In this document: in pieces, positions 1 through 6,915 of the stretch
How the letters are laid out: every line of letters begins with the position of its first letter
Numbering within the stretch: the stretch's first letter is position 1
Origin: Candidatus Poribacteria bacterium
Lineage (GTDB): Bacteria > Poribacteria > WGA-4E > WGA-3G
Assembly: GCA_965220065.1 (NCBI GenBank)
Contig: OZ244804.1
Span: 5,434,346-5,498,345, forward strand
Direction of reading: 5' to 3'
Length of the DNA: 64,000 bases
Translations under genes and position numbers: made by a program
The notes under the pieces: generated by a model
What the model saw: only the letters and a program-made list of their open reading frames with translations
Databases searched by the model: none
Told to the model about the DNA's origin: nothing

Positions 1-1225
1 CATCCCCTCGATTACGGAAAATTTGATCCCGTTGGCGATAGGTCAGGATATCGTGTGTGTCGTCAATATTGTCGATGATATGCCCATTCGCGATAAATAT
101 ATCTCGCCAACCATCGTTATCCGCATCGAGGAAACCTGTCCCGAATCCGACGAACAAGTAACTCTCTTTACCGAGATGTGCTTCATAAATGACATCGGTA
201 AACGTCCCGTCACCGTTGTTCCGGTAAAGCGCATTGGTTTCGTAAGAGAGGTTCGTAACGAAAATATCGAACCATCCGTCGCCGTTGTAATCGTTAGTGG
301 CAACACCCATCCCTGCTTGTGCAACGCCGTTGAAACTGTAAGCACACCCAGCGAGCAACGAAATTTCACTGAACGTTCCATCACCGTTGTTATAAAAAAA
401 ATCGTTTCGGGTATCGTCGTTTGCGACATAAAGGTCTGGAACACCATCGTTGTTGAAATCTGCTGAAACGACCCCTAACCCTTTTCCGTGAAACAAGCCA
501 CTAATACCTCCAACACCAGCTTCCTGACTAACATCCGTAAAAGTGCCGTCGCCGTTATTGCGATAGAGCGTATCGGGCGCGCCTTCAAACAGGGAAGGAT
601 GACAATAAGTTTGAATCCCGTCTTCCCCGCATGGACGGTAGGGAACATCCGTTGAATACACAAGATAGTTAACAACGAATAGGTCGAGGTGTCCGTCCCG
701 GTTATAGTCGAGGAAACACGCGCTGCTGCTCCAACTTGGATCGCCGACACCTGCGTGAGCCGTGACATCCGTAAAAGCACCATCACCGTTGTTCCGGTAG
801 AGAACATTAACTCCGAAATTAGTCACGTAAAGATCTACATCGCCATCGTTGTCGTAATCGGCGCAAGCGGCACCTTGTCCGTAGTTGCCGCGGTTGCTCA
901 CGCCTGCAGTCGTTGTGATGTCAGTAAAGGTGTTATCGCCATTGTTACGGTAGAGCGCGCTGAGTGTTTCGTTCGTTGACGACGAATCCTTCCAATAACC
1001 GCTATTCACAAGGTAGATGTCCAAATCACCATCGTTGTCGGCGTCAAAGAAGGCACCACCGGCACCGAGGGTTTCGGGAAGATGATATGCACCTTCAGCA
1101 CCATTGATGTGCCTAAAGTCGATGCCCGCCTGCTCAGTCACGTCCACGAATTGGATCGCGGCAGATGACGCCGAGAATGGCACACATATAAAGAAAATGA
1201 GGAGGCATATTCTTTTACTCTTCAT
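1..1225 (-). CDS. CRTAC1/ASPIC-UnbV-type FG-GAP (VCBS) repeat secreted protein, 3'-truncated by the window edge
   Basis: Absent from the ORF track because it has no stop in the window. My translation from ATG 1225 gives MKSKRICLLIFFICVPFSASSAAIQFVDVTEQAGIDFRH...FDADNDGDLDIYLVN...LYRNNGDNTFTD...ADYDNDGDVDLYVTN...DYNRDGHLDLFVVN. The same frame holds at DFNNDG (443-460). The ATG overlaps the stop of the upstream gene. Confidence 0.9.
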   Translation of the reverse strand, partial: MKSKRICLLIFFICVPFSASSAAIQFVDVTEQAGIDFRHINGAEGAYHLPETLGAGGAFFDADNDGDLDIYLVNSGYWKDSSSTNETLSALYRNNGDNTFTDITTTAGVSNRGNYGQGAACADYDNDGDVDLYVTNFGVNVLYRNNGDGAFTDVTAHAGVGDPSWSSSACFLDYNRDGHLDLFVVNYLVYSTDVPYRPCGEDGIQTYCHPSLFEGAPDTLYRNNGDGTFTDVSQEAGVGGISGLFHGKGLGVVSADFNNDGVPDLYVANDDTRNDFFYNNGDGTFSEISLLAGCAYSFNGVAQAGMGVATNDYNGDGWFDIFVTNLSYETNALYRNNGDGTFTDVIYEAHLGKESYLFVGFGTGFLDADNDGWRDIFIANGHIIDNIDDTHDILTYRQRDQIFRNRGD

Positions 1226-2126
1226 AATCTTTGGCGAGACGGAATCCGATAAAACTGGTCCCGATCGCTGGATATTGCCCAATTCGTGTGGAGCACCTCG
1301 CTAACTTTTCTTTGTTCAACCACGATCCTCCTCTTACAACGCGACGACTCCCGACCACCGGTCCCTTTGGGTTTCGATCAGGACTCTGGCGATAGTAGGT
1401 TTCGGAATACCAGTCAGCCACCCATTCCCAGACGTTGCCCGCCATGTCGTGTGTCCCGTAAGGACTTGCCCCTGTAGGATAGGAACCAACGGGTTGCGGG
1501 TACGCCCCTGGTTGCCTCCATATATTCGCGTGGACGATTGCTCCCTTGATGCGTTGTGTGAAGGTATTTCCCCAGGGCCATCGCCTCGCGTTTGTTCCGC
1601 GTGCCGCTTTTTCCCACTCCGCTTCGGTAGGTAGCCGCATGCCTCGCCACGTCGCGTAGGCAACAGCAGAATGCCATGATACTCCTATGACAGGATGGTT
1701 CGGTTTCGTTTTTGCGATGCGGGGCCATGTCCCAAATTCACCGTCATAACTGATAGGCGTGTGTTCACTACCGACGCCACCCTTTTCAACCCAAAACCGA
1801 TAATATTCAGCGTTGGTTACCTCCGTCTTACCGATATAATAGGCGTCCAGATAGATTTTGTGTGTGGGTGCTTCATTCGGCAGATCGTCATCGCTGCCCA
1901 TCGTGAAATGCCCCGCGGGGATGAGACACATGTCGGGTCCAGTCCACGCACAGGGTGAAAACGCCAAGAGGGTATAAAGTAAGACGGTTATCAGTCTTCG
2001 GTTATCAGTTTTCGGTAAGAGGTTTTCATGTAATAACAAATCTCTTTTTAACCGATAACTGACAACTGACAGCTGACTACCATTTTCCTGATCGCTATTC
2101 TTTGGTTTTTGACGTGAGACGTTCAT
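1215..2126 (-). CDS. FGE-sulfatase (SUMF1/EgtB/PvdO) fold protein, secreted; true start uncertain (ATG 2126 or TTG ~2038)
   Basis: Motifs IPAGHFTMGS, YYIGKTEVTNAEY, HPVIGVSW, RLPTEAEWEKAARG, DMAGNVWEW, RGGSW, GFRLA. Lacks the catalytic cysteine pair of true FGE after RGGS. Confidence 0.9.
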   Translation of the reverse strand: MNVSRQKPKNSDQENGSQLSVVSYRLKRDLLLHENLLPKTDNRRLITVLLYTLLAFSPCAWTGPDMCLIPAGHFTMGSDDDLPNEAPTHKIYLDAYYIGKTEVTNAEYYRFWVEKGGVGSEHTPISYDGEFGTWPRIAKTKPNHPVIGVSWHSAVAYATWRGMRLPTEAEWEKAARGTNARRWPWGNTFTQRIKGAIVHANIWRQPGAYPQPVGSYPTGASPYGTHDMAGNVWEWVADWYSETYYRQSPDRNPKGPVVGSRRVVRGGSWLNKEKLARCSTRIGQYPAIGTSFIGFRLAKDYEE

Positions 2127-3258
2127 ATTCTTGATAGGTTTTCTCGGCTTCTGTGTGTGCCCCAGCGAGTTTGTAAGCTTTGGAGAGATTCAGATAGAAG
2201 CGCGGTTCGGAAGGCTTTAAATGAATGGCTGTTTGATATTGTTCAATCGCTTCGGAATACTGTTCTAACATCAAATACGCACCGGCAAGGCTGTTGCGGT
2301 ACGTTGCGACGTTCGGTTTCTGCTGAACCGCTTTCTGGTACATCGCCACCGTCTGTTTGTAGTTCTGCTGTTGAAAGTGAGCGTATCCGAGTGCTTCATA
2401 GCCGCGCGTCTCTTGGGGCGCGAGTGCGATGTAACGTTCCAAAGATTGCGTCGCCTCAGCATAGAGCTGACGCTTGAGTTGGGTTCTACCAAGTCGGTAC
2501 CATGCTTCGGCATTGGTAGGGTTTAGTCTCACAAATCGCTTGAGATGTGTCAGTTGCTCTTCCTCAACAGAGAGGACCTCAAAACGTCGTAAATTCCGTT
2601 GTGCTACTTCTGTTTCCCCAATACGCCGATACGCCGTGCCTAAAGAGAAATGTGCCTTCGCGTGGAAGGGATCGATTTCAATGAGTGCTTTGAAAGTATC
2701 AATAGCGGATTGCCACGCCTCCTGTTGAAGAAAGGCATTCCCAAGCGTGTAGCGTGCTGTCAGCGAAGTTGGATCAAGTTTAAGTGCGTGTTGAAGTTCA
2801 CGAATGGCAGTATCGGTGAGATTATCACGAAAATAAGCGAGACCTAATAGGGTCCGTGTGCGTGCATGATCGGGATCCATCGCTACTATTTTCTGTAGGA
2901 TCTGTGTTGCCTGCGCGGTGTCCCCCAAGTGAACGAGTAGCACATCACCCAACTCATAATACGCCTCAATATAGTTTTCATCTGAGATTGTTGCCTGTCG
3001 AAACGCCTCAGCGGCGGCATGGGTCTCCTCGGCACCTTTATAAATCAATCCCAAAACGCAGTGTGCATCCGCCAACGATGCATCCAGTGTGACGGCTTTC
3101 TCTAAAGCGGTTCTCGCTTCTGCCTGCTCTCCATGAGCGAGCGCGCGTAATCCGGCGTCATACAATCGTGCCGCCTCGGGATGGTATCTCGGTGCGGCAA
3201 TGGTAAGCGGGGTCAGGAACAGTAGCAGAAACGCGAAAACGCGTATGAATGGAGTCAT
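2095..3258 (-). CDS. Tetratricopeptide repeat protein with signal peptide
   Basis: Many 34-aa TPR-like units (AHCVLGLIY, AYYELGDVL, AHFSLGTAY, AWYRLGRTQ); hydrophobic N-terminus. Confidence 0.9.
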   Translation of the reverse strand: MTPFIRVFAFLLLFLTPLTIAAPRYHPEAARLYDAGLRALAHGEQAEARTALEKAVTLDASLADAHCVLGLIYKGAEETHAAAEAFRQATISDENYIEAYYELGDVLLVHLGDTAQATQILQKIVAMDPDHARTRTLLGLAYFRDNLTDTAIRELQHALKLDPTSLTARYTLGNAFLQQEAWQSAIDTFKALIEIDPFHAKAHFSLGTAYRRIGETEVAQRNLRRFEVLSVEEEQLTHLKRFVRLNPTNAEAWYRLGRTQLKRQLYAEATQSLERYIALAPQETRGYEALGYAHFQQQNYKQTVAMYQKAVQQKPNVATYRNSLAGAYLMLEQYSEAIEQYQTAIHLKPSEPRFYLNLSKAYKLAGAHTEAEKTYQEYERLTSKTKE

Positions 3259-3281
3259 AGGTGCGAGGGAATAGGAGTGTA

Positions 3282-3311
3282 TAGGGACGGAGTTTTAACC
3301 CCGTCCCCTAC
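3282..3311 (-). repeat. GTAG-type REP palindrome
   Basis: Minus strand reads GTAG-GGGACGGGG-TTAAAA-CTCCGTCCC; intergenic. Confidence 0.75.
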
Positions 3312-3328
3312 CACTATATCTAACTTAA

Positions 3329-4192
3329 TTATTGTGACTTAATGTCCGCCCATGTTGTCGTTAGCCGTCCTTGAGGGGTGACAGGCGTTAAACCGAGGAC
3401 AGAGCCAAGACCATCGTTCATTATGTTTTGAATGTCGGCTTGTTCGAGGGGCACATTGAAAATGCCGATCTCGTCCATTAATCCCAATGCCTGTCTCTGG
3501 GTGGGTGTTCCCCCTAAATGGACATCGACCCCTGAAACGCCAAAAACACCGGTTGTATCCTGATCAATGTCAACTTCACCGTCAATGTAGAGGATTTTCT
3601 TTGCGCCGTCGTAGGTGAAGGCGAGGTGATGCCACTGATCGTCGTTGACTGTGGTCGGTCCGAAGAGCCAGCGCGGATTCAACTCACGGCTACCGACTTC
3701 GACTTTCCCCTGATTTCCACCTCTGCCGGGACCAAAAACATTCAGGATATTATTCCAATTGGTCGTAAAAGCGATGACCATGTGATCGTCCGCGCAGCAT
3801 CCACCGTGCGGATCGCCTTTCCTTTGGATTTTTACCCATGCGACGCCGGTGAAGGCTTCAGCGGTGCTGTCTAAACTTTCTGAATTTGCGACATTGACGT
3901 AGTCATCGTCCCCGTCGAGACTGAGTGCTTTTCCCCACTTGCCGCCATCGGTAACTTCTGCGCCGTTTATAAGTTCGCCATCGTTTCCGTAGCTGCTGGA
4001 ATCGCTCACATCGCCATCGTCAAAGAGCCAGACACCGACAGCGGTCTCACTGTCGACTGCGGCGAAACTCTGCAGTGGGATGAATGCCAATCCCAGTACC
4101 GCCAAAACACATAGTATTGCCCAATTTTTTGTCATTTTTACAAATCTCCTGTGAAGAGGTTTTAGAATACATTTTTCCAATGAAGCCTGCAT
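3329..4192 (-). CDS. LamG-like jellyroll domain protein with C-terminal TW-x-x-I-K tag; likely start 4135
   Basis: Signal peptide, VGVWLFDDG, GKWGKALSLDG, WHHLAFTYDG, LYIDG, MDEIGIFN; ends LTPVTPQGRLTTTWADIKSQ. AGGAG RBS precedes ATG 4135. Confidence 0.9.
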   Translation of the reverse strand: MQASLEKCILKPLHRRFVKMTKNWAILCVLAVLGLAFIPLQSFAAVDSETAVGVWLFDDGDVSDSSSYGNDGELINGAEVTDGGKWGKALSLDGDDDYVNVANSESLDSTAEAFTGVAWVKIQRKGDPHGGCCADDHMVIAFTTNWNNILNVFGPGRGGNQGKVEVGSRELNPRWLFGPTTVNDDQWHHLAFTYDGAKKILYIDGEVDIDQDTTGVFGVSGVDVHLGGTPTQRQALGLMDEIGIFNVPLEQADIQNIMNDGLGSVLGLTPVTPQGRLTTTWADIKSQ

Positions 4193-4515
4193 CTCGCAGG
4201 CAAACTTAATTTAGCATGAGAACGGGGGAACGTCAAGCAAAATTTTTAGCCGCATTTATTCGTTGTGAGTGAGAGGATGTGTTTATATGCTGGTCTGAAT
4301 GGCGGATTGCCGCGGATGAAATGGATTGCACGGATTTTGGTAGGTGTGTATTTTGGTGCCTTCAATCTTATAAGGGCGATATGTGTGTAGAAAAATGTCT
4401 CAGGAAAGATAGAGCCCCAGCGAGACGACAGGTGTGTAGAAAAGGAGCCGCCCCAAAGGAATAGTTTTCTTTCCATTGGATTTTAGCGTTTGCGGGGCGA
4501 CAGGTGTACCGCAGC

Positions 4516-4737
4516 TTATGAAGTTTTTTGCTGGTGCTTGGCGATGATTTTTCCTAATGCTCTCAAGGCATCGTTAACGGATTTCGCGTCCGGAAACATC
4601 TCGGCTACGTCGTCGTCAAGCCGAACCAAATTTGTTCCTGCGTGGTATCGATCCGCATATTTGCCTCGAACCCCTTTACTGAAATCATATTCATCGAGCA
4701 TGTCTGGATCATGTTGATTGGACGTAGTTTGACTCAT
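4516..4737 (-). CDS. BrnA-like antitoxin family protein; no toxin gene adjacent
   Basis: DEYDFSKGVRGKYA...TNLVRLDDDVAEMFPDAKSVNDALRAL matches the small antitoxin-type family usually found after BrnT toxins (recalled pattern). Confidence 0.7.
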   Translation of the reverse strand: MSQTTSNQHDPDMLDEYDFSKGVRGKYADRYHAGTNLVRLDDDVAEMFPDAKSVNDALRALGKIIAKHQQKTS

Positions 4738-4844
4738 GTTGGAATTCCAATCCCACGTTTTTCACTGTACCTGCCTGTTAGATGCCGAGTTTTTAATTGT
4801 AGCATTACATATTTTATAGGAGCGGATCAGTTCATTGACACTAC

Positions 4845-4942
4845 ATTATAACAAATTCGCTCCTAGAAGTCAAGTTACGGAGTTCGATCGTTCGATCAGA
4901 TAGCGACTTTTCCTTGAATGTCGCTATCAAATGTGCTATAAT
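4845..4942. promoter_or_regulatory. Back-to-back sigma70 promoters with a 9-bp inverted repeat over the + strand -35
   Basis: Minus: TTGACT (4873-4868), 17 bp, TG-n-TATAAT (4850-4845). Plus: TTGAAT (4914-4919), 17 bp, TG-n-TATAAT (4937-4942). Perfect IR GATAGCGAC (4899-4907) / GTCGCTATC (4920-4928). Confidence 0.75.
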
Positions 4943-5002
4943 TTTAAGAAGTAAAATCAATGAAGTCCCTGACTACTCTAAAGTTTATTTTCAGCATTAG
5001 GG

Positions 5003-5216
5003 ATGAACAAAAAATCATATAGCAGATACCGGAAATCAAAACGATGGGCAAACCAAACGCTGAATGATTATGAAGCGGGCAGGCTACAAATGTCGGAAAT
5101 GTGGGAGACACGTTACACAGGTCCATCACGAAACCTATAAACGCGTCGGCAGAGAACGTCTCAGCGACCTAACGGCGGTGTGTGGATGCTGCCATAAACG
5201 GGTTCATGGAAAGTAG
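5003..5216 (+). pseudogene. Small HNH endonuclease, disrupted (+1 frameshift and TGA at 5061); 50-aa core ORF 5064-5216 still open
   Basis: 5003 frame: MNKKSYSRYRKSKRWA. 5064 frame: MIMKRAGYKCRKCGRHVTQVHHETYKRVGRERLSDLTAVCGCCHKRVHGK-stop, with CxxC...VHH.TY...G.E...DL...C..CH...H HNH signature. Confidence 0.8.
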
Positions 5217-5259
5217 CAGCTTCTCTTAACGTTGGAGGATAGTACTCTTATTAAGAACT

Positions 5260-6147
5260 ATGCCAAATAATTCTATCGTAAATTTAGGTGATTTATCGAA
5301 ACCAGCGGATACTTTAATCAAAAAAATATCAAAGGCAGTCGGCGGTATCTTCGCCCCTTCCCAAACCAAGCGAAGGGCCCAAGCAGAAGCAGAGGCAACA
5401 ATAATCAAAGCACATGCCGAGGCAGAAGCATCCAAAATCGAAACCCAAGCCGAGATTGAGCGTGCCCAATTGTGTCAACGAGCGGTGCACCGCTTCATTG
5501 CAGAAGAAACGCAACGTCAGAAAAACATGGAAGACATTACTGCTAAGGCGTTGCTTTATCTGAATGAAGAGGCAGAGCCCGATGGCATGAATAATGACTG
5601 GATTGCAAATTTCTTCGATAAATGTCGAATAGTCTCTGACAGTCAAATGCAAAGTTTATGGTCCCGCATTTTGGCTGGAGAGGCAAACATTCCTGACACC
5701 TACTCAAAACGGACAGTTAATTTCATTTCAGAACTCGACAAGAACGATGCTGAACTGTTTACTAAGTTATGTGGTTTTTGTTGGACGGTTGAAAATTTTA
5801 CGCCGTTAATATTTGATGAAAGCGCGGAAATTTACAAGAGACACGGAATTAACTTTGAGACCTTGAATCATCTTGACAGTATTGGATTTATTAATTTTCA
5901 AAATGTTAACAGTCTCATGTGGGATTTTTCAACCAAGAGTACTGTCGGGCATGCCGTGCATTATTATGGTACCTCGCTTTGCTTGGAGGTACCCGAGTAT
6001 CGTAACAGTGTTGAGGTTGGGAAGGTGCATCTCACAAAAATCGGACAGGAACTTGCGCCAATATGTGGAAGCCAACCTATGGATGGTTTCTATGAGTATG
6101 TGAAGGAGCAATGGAAGGAATATTTGCCTATAGATGCGAAAGATTAA
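5260..6147 (+). CDS. DUF2806 family protein
   Basis: Q.NMEDITAKAL...DWIANFFDKCRIVSDSQMQSLWSRILAGE...YSKRTVNFISELDKNDAELF pattern; AT-rich relative to flanks. Confidence 0.8.
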   Translation: MPNNSIVNLGDLSKPADTLIKKISKAVGGIFAPSQTKRRAQAEAEATIIKAHAEAEASKIETQAEIERAQLCQRAVHRFIAEETQRQKNMEDITAKALLYLNEEAEPDGMNNDWIANFFDKCRIVSDSQMQSLWSRILAGEANIPDTYSKRTVNFISELDKNDAELFTKLCGFCWTVENFTPLIFDESAEIYKRHGINFETLNHLDSIGFINFQNVNSLMWDFSTKSTVGHAVHYYGTSLCLEVPEYRNSVEVGKVHLTKIGQELAPICGSQPMDGFYEYVKEQWKEYLPIDAKD

Positions 6148-6219
6148 TGACGCAGATAATTCTATACACATGCTAAAGTAGTTATCGAGGGTCAGTTATT
6201 AGAAACCGTAGTCTCCTCT

Positions 6220-6242
6220 GTAGGAGCGAGCTGTGCTCGCGA
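6220..6242 (+). repeat. Cognate REP upstream of RAYT
   Basis: GTAG-GAGCGAGCTGTGCTCGCGA: GTAG foot plus imperfect palindrome. Confidence 0.9.
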
Positions 6243-6273
6243 TACCATATATAAAAACTTATAGGAATATGCA

Positions 6274-6747
6274 ATGAAACAAGCACCCAACCGAGGACAC
6301 CGGCAACTCCGAAAAGGCAGAACCTCAATACCCGGTGCCTACTATTACCTCACACTCGCCACACTTAACAAAAAACCACTGCTCGCAACTCCCAAAATCG
6401 CAGACATTATTTTTCAAGCCTTTGACTGGCTCGAAACGAAAGAACGGCTCAGATGGTTTTGTGGGGTTGTGATGCCAGATCATATCCACGCCGTTATCCA
6501 ACTCGGCAGTCAGCAAACATTTTCCAAGCTTATACAATCCTTCAAAAGCCACACAGCGAAACAGGTTAATGCTTGCTTGGGACGTAGCGGTTCGCTTTGG
6601 CAAGCTGCTTACTATGAACATGGTATTCGGCGGGATGAATCATTAAATACCATTATTCAATATTGCTATCAGAACCCAGTGCGGTCAGGATTGGTAAAGG
6701 CTGCGAGGGATTATCCGTTTTGGTGGTGTAAATTTGAGATGGAATGA
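6274..6747 (+). CDS. rayT: REP-associated tyrosine transposase (RAYT, Y1 HUH family)
   Basis: YYLT..T, HUH motif VVMPDHIHAV, FKSHT, LWQ..YYEH.IR, catalytic Y..QNPV..GLV; flanked by inverted REPs. Confidence 0.9.
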   Translation: MKQAPNRGHRQLRKGRTSIPGAYYYLTLATLNKKPLLATPKIADIIFQAFDWLETKERLRWFCGVVMPDHIHAVIQLGSQQTFSKLIQSFKSHTAKQVNACLGRSGSLWQAAYYEHGIRRDESLNTIIQYCYQNPVRSGLVKAARDYPFWWCKFEME

Positions 6748-6775
6748 GGAAGATCGCGAGTAACACAGCAAAAAA

Positions 6776-6903
6776 TCGCGAGCGCAGCTCGCTCCTACAG
6801 AGGAGGTATGTGGTCTACTTTATCGCGAGCACACAGAAATACCCAAGCAAAAACACTCGCTCCTACAGAAGAAGGGGGAATCGCGAGCACAGCTCGCTCC
6901 TAC
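6776..6903 (-). repeat. Cluster of three cognate REPs downstream of RAYT, one with an expanded loop
   Basis: TCGCGAGCGCAGCTCGCTCCTAC 6776-6798; TCGCGAGC-[~25 nt insert]-CTCGCTCCTAC 6823-6866; TCGCGAGCACAGCTCGCTCCTAC 6881-6903. All inverted relative to 6220. Confidence 0.9.
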
Positions 6904-6915
6904 AACAAGTGTTCC

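Noticed and set aside
23-979. Plus-strand ORFs 23-466 and 689-979 and minus ORFs 43-447 and 475-807
   Set aside because: Shadows of the real minus-strand FG-GAP gene; the repeated ITVV/AVVIV words are antisense DxNNDG codons.
1215-1400. FGE-type C-lectin C-terminus as a diversity-generating retroelement variable region
   Set aside because: No reverse transcriptase, and I found no template repeat differing at adenines in the window.
6220-6903. REP cluster as a CRISPR array
   Set aside because: Copies are inverted, irregularly spaced and GTAG-footed beside a RAYT; no cas genes.
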